A stretch of DNA of 64,000 nucleotides from a virus. The notes beneath the pieces were generated by a model. The model was not told the DNA's origin, made no database searches, and saw nothing but the letters and a program-made list of their open reading frames with translations. A program made the translations under genes and the position numbers. This document shows, in pieces, positions 56,132-64,000 of the stretch. The stretch lies in IMG/VR virus record IMGVR_UViG_3300042893_001849. One strand, 5' to 3'. The first letter of the stretch is position 1. The number at the start of each line of letters is the position of its first letter.

Positions 56132-56979
56132 TTTTTTGTGTAGGGTGTCATATCATCTAACTTGAATGTGTCCAATTCCATATCGTTAGTCAGATACATT
56201 TTTGGGTTATCATTATAGTAACTACAATATATTTCATTAATATTGACCCAATTGACAAATTTAACCCATTTTTCATCAATTTTTAATTTTATGTATTCAT
56301 CTCTCAATCTGTCAAAATCATATTCACTAAATGCTATGTCGGTATCTCTTTCTGTGTATTCACATCTTTCTTTGATTTGTCTGTTCCAAGTTACGATAAA
56401 ATATCTTTCGTATATGTAATCGCTGGTTTCCACTTCACCTTCGCCATCACAATATTCGCAACTTTCTTTACCACTGGTACAATCGTCACAACTTACTTCA
56501 CCATTTCCATGACATTCTTGACACCTAACTTTTTCTTTACCATCACATTCTGGACATGTAACGATTTCACCATCTTCTTCCACTTCACCTTCGCCATCAC
56601 AATAGTCACAGGTTATTTCGCCTTCACCAGAACATTCATAACATTCAACGTTCTGAGTGCCATCACAATTTTGACAGTCTGTGTCGCCATTACCACTACA
56701 ATTATCACATTCCTCTCTGTGATAATCACCAGAGTTGTTAAAAAGAACTGCAAATCCAATATTATTCAACATCTTATCTGATTCCTCAAATGAATTTGTT
56801 TGTGCGTAGGAATAACAATAAAATGATAATTTAACTATATTCTCAGGGGACATATGTTCAAAATAGTCCTTTTGTTTTCTCATAACCTGAATCAAGCTAT
56901 AATAGGTTTCCTGTGGAGTTTCTGTATTTGCAAGTAACTCCGTAATATTCTTGGCTAATCTTTTTATTTTATCGCTCAT
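56128..56979 (-). CDS. Cys-rich protein with about 8 tandem CxxC(x)G zinc-finger-like repeats (DnaJ-CR-like).
   Basis: CDNCSGNG, CQNCDGT, CYECSGEG, CDYCDGEG, CPECDGKE, CQECHGNG, CDDCTSGK and CEYCDGEG. Confidence 0.45.
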   Translation of the reverse strand: MSDKIKRLAKNITELLANTETPQETYYSLIQVMRKQKDYFEHMSPENIVKLSFYCYSYAQTNSFEESDKMLNNIGFAVLFNNSGDYHREECDNCSGNGDTDCQNCDGTQNVECYECSGEGEITCDYCDGEGEVEEDGEIVTCPECDGKEKVRCQECHGNGEVSCDDCTSGKESCEYCDGEGEVETSDYIYERYFIVTWNRQIKERCEYTERDTDIAFSEYDFDRLRDEYIKLKIDEKWVKFVNWVNINEIYCSYYNDNPKMYLTNDMELDTFKLDDMTPYTKK

Positions 56980-56980
56980 A

Positions 56981-57373
56981 TTATTCTCTTGTGTAATTAA
57001 ACTTATAACCTAAGTCAAAAATATGTTTTGTATCGGCTTCATATTCTATGTTAAAAATCATAGGTTCTGTGGCAAAACAATTTGAGTTTTGTCCTTCAAT
57101 TATTTTACCTTCTTCAGTTATAACATATTCGTTTAAGACATCTCTTAGTTTTTCAGACATTCTTTGAATATCGTGTGCAAAACTATACATATCAATATCT
57201 ATCCCGCCTTGATAATCAAATTTAACGTCTATATCGTAATTTGCTAATTTAGTATGATTTTGGTCAATGTAATCAAATTCAATGTGGATACTCATGATGT
57301 CAAATTGTGTAGATTTTGCGTTCATGGTAATCAAATACTTTAATTTTTCCGACAAAAGTTCTTCGTTAATCAT
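56981..57373 (-). CDS. Hypothetical protein.
   Basis: 130 aa. Confidence 0.4.
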   Translation of the reverse strand: MINEELLSEKLKYLITMNAKSTQFDIMSIHIEFDYIDQNHTKLANYDIDVKFDYQGGIDIDMYSFAHDIQRMSEKLRDVLNEYVITEEGKIIEGQNSNCFATEPMIFNIEYEADTKHIFDLGYKFNYTRE

Positions 57374-57432
57374 ATTAATAAATACCTTTATTTTGTATTA
57401 GTGTGTGAATATGTTTATAAAAAACAAATACT

Positions 57433-57855
57433 ATGTCAATTAATGTAATTTTAACTGAAAAAGAAGTCCTCGATACACCAAATGATGCCATATTGGGTAG
57501 ATTGGTTAGAAATAAATTCTGGCAAGCCAGGAGGGACCAAGAAGGACCTCAATACGATGATGAACACTTCGGACTCACCATAGGTGAAGACGGTCTTGTT
57601 AAGTCTATAAATCGTCCGTTTACCTGTTCTATCTGTGGAGGAGATACCTCAGAGATAGATTACGACTATTTGGTTGGTTACGACCATTTGGGATGTCTAC
57701 TTAAAGAAGAAGAAGTGAGACCTGACGCATTTGATAAATGTGTAATATGTGGTAAAGAAACTCCTTATTTACGTTCTACTCATATCGATTTAAGAGAAGG
57801 ATATGTTGAGGGTGGAGGACAAGGATGTTATCAACCGAATATTTGTGAAAAATAA
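57433..57855 (+). CDS. Cys-rich hypothetical protein.
   Basis: CSICGG...CVICGKE zinc-ribbon-like pairs. Confidence 0.4.
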   Translation: MSINVILTEKEVLDTPNDAILGRLVRNKFWQARRDQEGPQYDDEHFGLTIGEDGLVKSINRPFTCSICGGDTSEIDYDYLVGYDHLGCLLKEEEVRPDAFDKCVICGKETPYLRSTHIDLREGYVEGGGQGCYQPNICEK

Positions 57856-57910
57856 TTTTGGCTGGTAAATTTAGAATCACTATATTTGTATTCACAAAAA
57901 CGATAAAGAT

Positions 57911-58369
57911 ATGACCAACACCACTACCCCTTCAGTAATCAAAGTAACAACAGGAACATTAGCAGGAGACGTATTCTACGGTTCTTTTGACACCACAGTA
58001 AAGAACAAGAGAGTCTCTGTAATGGTTTCAAACCACATCAAAGACGTGAATAAAGAGTACGAATTCCGTATCGCAAACAAATGTCAAGCGGGGTTCGTTA
58101 ACATCCACGACAGTAAAGGTACCGCATCTGATATGATGAGAGGTTGGACTAAAAACTGTCTTGTTAATATCCAAGTAAAGAACGAGTTCGGTCAATGGAT
58201 GAACGTATACACGACTAAAGGTGGTAAATGGTACTCAATCGACAAAGGGTTCTTGGAAGTGATGACTGTGGGAGATATGAGACAATCATTCCCTGACATG
58301 TGTGACATGAACATTTGGGGTCGATTCGGAGCTAAGACTTGGGCGGACAAAGCATTCTCTCAAAACTAA
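57911..58369 (+). CDS. Hypothetical protein.
   Basis: 152 aa. TATATTTG box at 57881-57888. Shares a 23-nt 5' leader with the next gene. Confidence 0.45.
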   Translation: MTNTTTPSVIKVTTGTLAGDVFYGSFDTTVKNKRVSVMVSNHIKDVNKEYEFRIANKCQAGFVNIHDSKGTASDMMRGWTKNCLVNIQVKNEFGQWMNVYTTKGGKWYSIDKGFLEVMTVGDMRQSFPDMCDMNIWGRFGAKTWADKAFSQN

Positions 58370-58378
58370 TAAAAAATA

Positions 58379-58406
58379 AATCCCCGAAAGGGGATTTTTA
58401 TTTTGT
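58379..58406 (+). terminator. Rho-independent terminator.
   Basis: ATCCCCGAAAGGGGAT hairpin followed by a T-run. Confidence 0.6.
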
Positions 58407-58454
58407 AATATCGAATGGATTCTTTATCTTTGTATTCACAAAAACGATAAAACT

Positions 58455-59192
58455 ATGACATCTACCTCTACCATCGAAAAAGTTCGTAACTACCAAGGTC
58501 AAAATTCTTTCGTCATCAAGATGAAAGACGCGGTATCAAAATACGGCAGTTTGACTCCAAACCAATTAGCAGCAGTTGAGAAATGTCTTAACGCAGTTGC
58601 AATCGTTAAAACCGAAGAAATGACTGAAGACTTGAAACGCATCGTTGACTACACAGGTGAGAACACGTTCGTTAAGGACATTGCATCTAAGTTCCAAAAG
58701 TATGGTACTTTGACTGAGAAACAAAAATCTGTTGCTTTAGCTCAGATTCAAAAAGAGGAAGATAAAGAGAAGACCATCCGTATGAATTGGCCTACTACAG
58801 GTGAGACTATCATCATAGGTCGTAAAGTTGGTCAACTATTGAAAGAGACATACGAGTTGGAGTTCAACCCAATGTTGATTGATATCACTCGTTTGTTAGC
58901 TGTTAGTCCAAAAGCGGTTAAGTTCGCAGGTAAGATGACCATCAAAAGAGGTAAAATCTGTACTTCTTGTATGAGAGATTTGACAGATGAGTTTTCAATG
59001 TTAACAGGGATGGGTAAGATATGTGCAGCTCACATGAAGGTTCCTTATATCAAAGATGCTTCTGAAGCGACTCGTTTCCGTGAAGATTATTTGAAAAGAG
59101 TTGAGGAGATTGGGGAGATGGAGTTTTGGATTCCAAGAAAACAAATTAAGAAGTGGGAAGGGATGACAGAGAGTATCTTGAGAACCATGTAA
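58455..59192 (+). CDS. Hypothetical protein.
   Basis: 245 aa. TATCTTTG box at 58425-58432. Confidence 0.45.
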   Translation: MTSTSTIEKVRNYQGQNSFVIKMKDAVSKYGSLTPNQLAAVEKCLNAVAIVKTEEMTEDLKRIVDYTGENTFVKDIASKFQKYGTLTEKQKSVALAQIQKEEDKEKTIRMNWPTTGETIIIGRKVGQLLKETYELEFNPMLIDITRLLAVSPKAVKFAGKMTIKRGKICTSCMRDLTDEFSMLTGMGKICAAHMKVPYIKDASEATRFREDYLKRVEEIGEMEFWIPRKQIKKWEGMTESILRTM

Positions 59193-59201
59193 AAATAATC
59201 C

Positions 59202-59232
59202 AACCCACACCCTAAAAAGTGTGGGTTTTTTC
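59202..59232 (+). terminator. Rho-independent terminator.
   Basis: AACCCACAC-CCTAAAAA-GTGTGGGTT hairpin followed by T6. Confidence 0.6.
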
Positions 59233-59276
59233 TTAATATAGTGATATATATCTATTAAAAAAAGTACATATTTTTA

Positions 59277-59669
59277 ATGGAAAAATTTACACCTTATCAT
59301 CAACACTTGCTAGTTAAGTGTTGGGTAACAAACCCTCCTAAGAAAGAGGAATTATTGAATAAATGGTTTAAGTATTTAGTCGAGACGGTAGGAATGAAAG
59401 TGGTAGCAGGACCCACAAGTGTTTATGTTTCAGACCCTGGTAATGAAGGGTTGACAGGAACAGTAACATTGGCAACGTCACACGCGTCAATACACATTTG
59501 GGATAACATGGAACCAGCTATGGTTCAGTTTGATATCTACAGTTGCAAAGAGTTTACTCTTGAACAAGTAATGAAATGTTTTGAACCATGGGGTTTTATT
59601 AAAGGAGAATGGGTTATGATTGACAGGAATGACAAACCAACAATAACATCTGAAGGAATCTGGAACTAA
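59277..59669 (+). CDS. S-adenosylmethionine decarboxylase-like protein (pyruvoyl-dependent AdoMetDC, SpeH class).
   Basis: HLLVKCW near the N-terminus. TLATSHASIHIWDN resembles the ESHxSIHTWPE processing motif. VQFDIYSCK resembles AIDLFTCG. Length is about 130 aa, as in class 1b enzymes. Confidence 0.5.
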   Translation: MEKFTPYHQHLLVKCWVTNPPKKEELLNKWFKYLVETVGMKVVAGPTSVYVSDPGNEGLTGTVTLATSHASIHIWDNMEPAMVQFDIYSCKEFTLEQVMKCFEPWGFIKGEWVMIDRNDKPTITSEGIWN

Positions 59670-59685
59670 AGTATATTTATTAGGT

Positions 59686-60681
59686 ATGGAGAAATTAATA
59701 TCTCAAATTGTACTTAAGGTTTTATTGGAACAAAGGGAACCATCGATGCCCGTTATTGTTAAGTTGTTTAAAATGTTGAATGAAGAGAAGAAGAAGAATA
59801 AAACCAGAGCCTCTCTTATTCAAGTTATTGAGAATTATGCTCCATATATGAATATTCCATCTGAATATGCATTATATCTATTAGAATTATACGTATTGAA
59901 TTACAGAAAAGATGGGGACTATTCAGGGTTAACAAAAGGTAATTTTATTGACCCAAGAAAACAACAAGGTAAAACAACTTCAAACCCAAAAGCAAAATTA
60001 TATACCATTGCGCAACTACCATTTAAAGGTTCTAATCTAATTGGACGATGGAGTAAAGATTACAACGGTAAACCATTCTATGAAGTAGTTTCTTATAATT
60101 GGTACCCTGTTTACATATTCAAAGACGATAAGTGGTACGAAGTTACGGGTAGATATTCATCTTCAACATCAAAACAAATGAGTAATGCAAATCCTGTTAA
60201 ATGGGAGAATGAGTTACAAGAGGTAGTTTATTTATTATCACAAGAAGAGATGAAGATGTTAAAACAAGGAGCAACTCATGAGGAAGTAATGAAACATAAG
60301 TTAAAGAAACTTAAAGAACTTGAGCCTGAATTAACCAAAAGAAAGAAAACTGCAAAAACTTTTAGTTGGATGGGAGACGAGGAGACAGCCAACGCAAATA
60401 TTAAATTCAAAATTAAATCAATTGAAGAAGAAGGTGATAAGGCGATTGTTACAGTTGATATTCTTGATGTGATTCGTAGAGGCGATAATGGAGAAGAACC
60501 TACTTCACAAAATTATTTGAAAGGGGAAATGCAAGGTATGACCAAAGAAAAGGCAGAAGAGAGAGCCAAAGTTAAAATCATGGAACTTCTTAGAGACTAC
60601 ATGGCGACAAGATTTAGATACAATGGAGAAGACCCACCGATACAAAACATATTCTTTAAATTTAATCACTTAAAAAAATAG
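59686..60681 (+). CDS. Hypothetical protein.
   Basis: 331 aa. Confidence 0.4.
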   Translation: MEKLISQIVLKVLLEQREPSMPVIVKLFKMLNEEKKKNKTRASLIQVIENYAPYMNIPSEYALYLLELYVLNYRKDGDYSGLTKGNFIDPRKQQGKTTSNPKAKLYTIAQLPFKGSNLIGRWSKDYNGKPFYEVVSYNWYPVYIFKDDKWYEVTGRYSSSTSKQMSNANPVKWENELQEVVYLLSQEEMKMLKQGATHEEVMKHKLKKLKELEPELTKRKKTAKTFSWMGDEETANANIKFKIKSIEEEGDKAIVTVDILDVIRRGDNGEEPTSQNYLKGEMQGMTKEKAEERAKVKIMELLRDYMATRFRYNGEDPPIQNIFFKFNHLKK

Positions 60682-60758
60682 TAGAACCCTCAATTTGATT
60701 GGGGGTTTTTTATTTCTTATCTTTGTAGAAAATAAACTTAAGATTTAAAAATATTATT

Positions 60759-61103
60759 ATGGAAAGATTGTCACAACATATGATGGAAGAAAAAATGATT
60801 AATAATATCTTAAAGAATTTTGATTTCAAAAAATGTCACAATGCAATGAAGGCTCTTGATTGGCAATGGGCCATGAGAGAAGGAGTGCCGACTGTTGATA
60901 TGTTAAAAGAATCGTCAATTGAAAGACTTAGGTCGGCAATGAAAGGAGTTAAAGACAAAGAGAATAAACTTTCCTCAGATGAGACTTATTTTTCTTCAAG
61001 TGGAGGACTTAAAGGTACTGCATGGAAAAACCGTTACGGTCATGTGTCGGGGATAAGATTAGAGTTTGTCCTAACTGAATGGGACTCCGATGGAGATTAT
61101 TAA
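60759..61103 (+). CDS. Hypothetical protein.
   Basis: 114 aa. TATCTTTG box at 60718-60725. Confidence 0.4.
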   Translation: MERLSQHMMEEKMINNILKNFDFKKCHNAMKALDWQWAMREGVPTVDMLKESSIERLRSAMKGVKDKENKLSSDETYFSSSGGLKGTAWKNRYGHVSGIRLEFVLTEWDSDGDY

Positions 61104-61147
61104 GTAAAATAAGTTAAGAAACATTTTTAAACTGATATTTATTCATA

Positions 61148-62140
61148 ATGAAAGTATGTTTAAAAAAATCGGGGGAGTTCCCAAAGAAGGAAGAGGTTTT
61201 AGTTGTTAAGAAATTTCTCCAATTTTTACAATCCCAAGTCCCATTAAATAAAAAAATTCAAATCACGTTTACTGACGAGAGAGAGGTCCCTATGACCACA
61301 GGAGTTAGAATGCCTGGTAATGAAATATTTGTATTAGCCAAAGGAAGATTATTAATTGATATTTTAAGAACTGTATCACATGAGTGGGTTCACGAATTTC
61401 AAAATCAAAAGATGGGAGTCAAAGATAATGTTAAGATTCAAGACATTGGAGGTCCTGAAGAAAATATGTGTAATATATTATCAGGGGTGTTCATTAAAAA
61501 ATTTGAAAATAAATACCCTGAATTTAATAAAGTTACTTATGGAGAATCTGTTAATGAAGAGATTTTGTATGAAATATCTCCAAAATCTAATGGTGTAAAT
61601 GACTTTTTAGAGTTTATGAAAAGTAACTCTGAATACATGATTCAAATTGGTTTTAAAACTTATACATGGCTTAAAGATTATATTGCGAGCGCAAGTTATG
61701 ATGAATTTGTTGAATTACTGGATGAATTAGAAACTATTTTAAAACAAAAAGATGAGTACATCAGTGATGAGATGGATGAGATTGAAAGGACTGTACAGGA
61801 TTTAAGTAGAGATGGGTCATTAGAAATAACAGTTCAAGATGTTGTAAGAGCCTTTACCAAAGCCAAAGAGATTGTAATACCAAAAGAGGTTTGGCTCAAA
61901 CTTGAAAACACAGAATCGAATCAAGTTAAGAAAGGAGAAATGAAAAAAGTCATTGCGATTGCAAAAAAATACAATAAGACATCACCATTAGAGCTTAAAA
62001 AGGCGTTAATTTCAGGAGAGTATAAACCCCCATTAATATTAAAGTTTGGAGATAGATATCATTTAGTTGCGGGTAATACAAGATTGTGTACTGCTGCAGC
62101 GTTAGGAATGAATCCAAGAGTTATAATTGCTGAAGTTTAA
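61148..62140 (+). CDS. Protein with a C-terminal ParB-like nuclease domain.
   Basis: C-terminal DRYHLVAGNTRLCTAAALGMNPRVIIAEV matches the ParB/Srx core (Y.L..G.RR..AA...G...IP..V). Confidence 0.45.
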   Translation: MKVCLKKSGEFPKKEEVLVVKKFLQFLQSQVPLNKKIQITFTDEREVPMTTGVRMPGNEIFVLAKGRLLIDILRTVSHEWVHEFQNQKMGVKDNVKIQDIGGPEENMCNILSGVFIKKFENKYPEFNKVTYGESVNEEILYEISPKSNGVNDFLEFMKSNSEYMIQIGFKTYTWLKDYIASASYDEFVELLDELETILKQKDEYISDEMDEIERTVQDLSRDGSLEITVQDVVRAFTKAKEIVIPKEVWLKLENTESNQVKKGEMKKVIAIAKKYNKTSPLELKKALISGEYKPPLILKFGDRYHLVAGNTRLCTAAALGMNPRVIIAEV

Positions 62141-62148
62141 TATGGTGA

Positions 62149-62427
62149 TTAAACAAACTTAACGTTACACTCTTCATCTTCTAATATAATCCTTTTAATC
62201 TCTTCATCTCTCATTATAATTTTGGATAATATACTTCCGTTATCGCTTAAAATATTAACAATCCAAAGACCAAGACGATGACCTTCAATTTCAATCATTT
62301 CACCTGAATACATTCCTAACTCCATGATTCTTAATCGTAAACAAACGTCACAATTTTGACACGGTTCACTTTCAGGAACATCTTTTATTTTAAAAGTTTT
62401 ACCAATTAAAGAATCGTCAATTAACAT
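62149..62427 (-). CDS. Hypothetical protein.
   Basis: 92 aa. Confidence 0.3.
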   Translation of the reverse strand: MLIDDSLIGKTFKIKDVPESEPCQNCDVCLRLRIMELGMYSGEMIEIEGHRLGLWIVNILSDNGSILSKIIMRDEEIKRIILEDEECNVKFV

Positions 62428-62643
62428 GTATTATTGTTTTTTATAAATATTTATAAAAATATGAGTAAAGAAAATAGAATAGACGGAATATATATTCCAT
62501 TAAAGATTGGAGACACTATCTACACAGGAAGATTTAAAAATAAGAAAACAACTGTAAAGACAATAGGCAAAGATGAATATGGTATGCCAACCATCAATGG
62601 TAAACGAGTGGCGACATTTAGAATTATTTCAAAAGAAAAATAA

Positions 62644-63627
62644 TTACCACTCCCAAGATGTGTTTGTATTAGTTGATTCATAATTCAAAATAAATGGCAT
62701 CCCTGTGGATTTACGTATCATTTTTTCCAAATCGTAAGTTAAGTCATCTGCGTCAAAATCACCTCGTCTTATTGAAGAATAATATACCATGATTTTTACA
62801 CTCATATATTTCTCTTCTGTTTCTCTATTACTGTGTTTTATAGTGACCCAATCTGCTTCTGTAACCTTAACTTTCTCAAGTTCTTCGATTTGTCTACAAG
62901 ATTCGTCTCCAACATCTCCTTCATAATCATCAGCGCCTTTATCACAAACTCTACGAATATAATCCATCCTATTATCAATAAGGTCTTGAAAAAATTGGAT
63001 ATGTTTTTGTGACTCTAATATAATATTATATTGAGATTCTGTAACAACATATTTCTTTTTTGATTCATCTACACTACGTTCGTCTTGATATTTTTTAGTG
63101 ATATACTTCTCATACTTTCTAATGAAATAAAAATACAATTCATCCTTCTCTTTAAGACTAACCTTTAAATTTGTTGTTTCCCAAATGTCATTAAGAATAT
63201 ATTCTGTTAAAGTGTTACAAACTTCTTCGAGATATTCTAAAGGACTGTTAAATGATGAGGCGTTAAATTCATAATCCATAATTGTGTTTAACTGGTTGAA
63301 TACTTCACCATTAGTCAATCTTCGTTTAACATGAGTAGACATTGATTCCGACAAGGGTTCAACTTCATTACACTTTTTTGCTGTTGAACCAACATATACA
63401 TCAACACCAATCCATTTTTTAATTTCTTGTTTAACACCTTCTCTAATCATTTTTGCAACAAATCCTGGCTTTGTATTGGCTTCTTTTATATAGTCAATAT
63501 CTAAGACTACTATAACTTGGATTGGGCCTTCACCATCTGGGTCAACTATATATCCGCAGACACCGTCAACCTCTTTATCAGATAAAAAGGATTCAAGTAA
63601 CTTAACTGTTTTTTCGCGGCTCTCCAT
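62644..63627 (-). CDS. Hypothetical protein.
   Basis: 327 aa. Confidence 0.4.
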   Translation of the reverse strand: MESREKTVKLLESFLSDKEVDGVCGYIVDPDGEGPIQVIVVLDIDYIKEANTKPGFVAKMIREGVKQEIKKWIGVDVYVGSTAKKCNEVEPLSESMSTHVKRRLTNGEVFNQLNTIMDYEFNASSFNSPLEYLEEVCNTLTEYILNDIWETTNLKVSLKEKDELYFYFIRKYEKYITKKYQDERSVDESKKKYVVTESQYNIILESQKHIQFFQDLIDNRMDYIRRVCDKGADDYEGDVGDESCRQIEELEKVKVTEADWVTIKHSNRETEEKYMSVKIMVYYSSIRRGDFDADDLTYDLEKMIRKSTGMPFILNYESTNTNTSWEW

Positions 63628-63639
63628 GTATAATAAATA

Positions 63640-63996
63640 CTACTCAATGGAAATAACTTTCAACTTATATCCTTTCATGAACCAGTAGTTAATAACGGTT
63701 ACGAATACTTGGTCCATATAACCTTTACCATACTTCTTATTTAGGGTTTGTTTCACCTCATCACTAACGTACATCACACCTGTCTTAATATCAAATAGGA
63801 AGAATTCATTTGCCCATGTCTGTTCAGATTTATCGTAGTAAAGGTATGGAAAACTAAACTTATCATCAATGAACTTAACTATTACTTTTTCTATCTGTGT
63901 CATACTAATCAAATATAAGATATTTATAAACGTGAGACAACTTATCAAAAGAATACTTAAGGAAGAAAAAGAGAAGGATTTAAGTTCAGCAATCAA
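63640..63996 (-). CDS. Hypothetical protein.
   Basis: 118 aa. Confidence 0.35.
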   Translation of the reverse strand: MIAELKSFSFSSLSILLISCLTFINILYLISMTQIEKVIVKFIDDKFSFPYLYYDKSEQTWANEFFLFDIKTGVMYVSDEVKQTLNKKYGKGYMDQVFVTVINYWFMKGYKLKVISIE

Positions 63997-64000
63997 AGAA

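Noticed and set aside
56377-56781. 134-aa plus-strand ORF antisense to the CxxC-repeat gene.
   Set aside because: It is the complement of the Cys/Gly/Glu codon repeats and is implausible as a protein. The minus-strand reading has a clear motif structure.
1-64000. CRISPR arrays, rRNA genes, integrase, transposase or insertion-sequence elements.
   Set aside because: No direct-repeat/spacer periodicity, no rRNA-like conserved stretches, and no recombinase-like ORFs were seen. The window looks like a core region of a lytic-type phage genome, not an integrated mobile element.

Overview
The window is AT-rich, densely packed and mostly + strand, and reads as part of a large double-stranded DNA phage genome. 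The host is most likely a Bacteroidota bacterium (Flavobacteriia-like): more than 15 genes are preceded by the Bacteroidota sigma-A promoter signature, a TTTG box, a spacer of about 20 nt and then TAnnTTTG, often as TTCTTATCTTTG. No rRNA, CRISPR array, integrase or transposase is present. Proteins I can recognise from their motifs fall into these groups:

- **Structural, 5'-most block:** very large Pro-Thr-linker proteins that carry SprB-type adhesin repeats. Next to them, on the opposite strand, sit a family-2 glycosyltransferase and a tandem SAM methyltransferase.
- **Replication and recombination:** a RuvC-like resolvase, a Toprim primase with a zinc ribbon, a PD-(D/E)xK nuclease, and an SbcD/Mre11 plus SbcC/Rad50 pair.
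- **DNA modification and gene-expression factors:** three DNA methyltransferases (two Dam-like, one DPPY type), a sigma-70 family factor and a DnaJ.
- **Small enzymes and lysis:** a thioredoxin/glutaredoxin pair, an amidase-centred candidate lysis cassette, an S-adenosylmethionine decarboxylase-like protein, a ParB-like protein, and an SPFH protein.
- **Nucleotide-metabolism cluster:** a DUF3310 protein, an adenylylsulfate-kinase-like P-loop kinase, an HxGH nucleotidyltransferase, a DHH phosphoesterase and a NUDIX hydrolase.

The most unusual part is a roughly 1.7 kb stretch at 52380..54060 with no credible ORF. It contains one tRNA-Met(CAT) with an initiator-like C1:A72 mismatch and at least three tandem canonical promoters, each followed by GC-enriched, hairpin-rich sequence. 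It ends in a strong intrinsic terminator. I read it as a cluster of phage-encoded structured non-coding RNAs, including one roughly 1 kb RNA.

Other notable points:

- Six genes show a TAnnTTTG-N4-ATG arrangement, which implies leaderless mRNAs.
- A mosaic junction at 21088..21211 is built from duplicated gene ends.
- There are paralogous domain pairs, an opposite-strand island carrying two HExxH proteins, and a protein with about eight tandem CxxC repeats.

No terminase, portal or capsid gene was recognised, so the packaging and head genes are probably outside this window.
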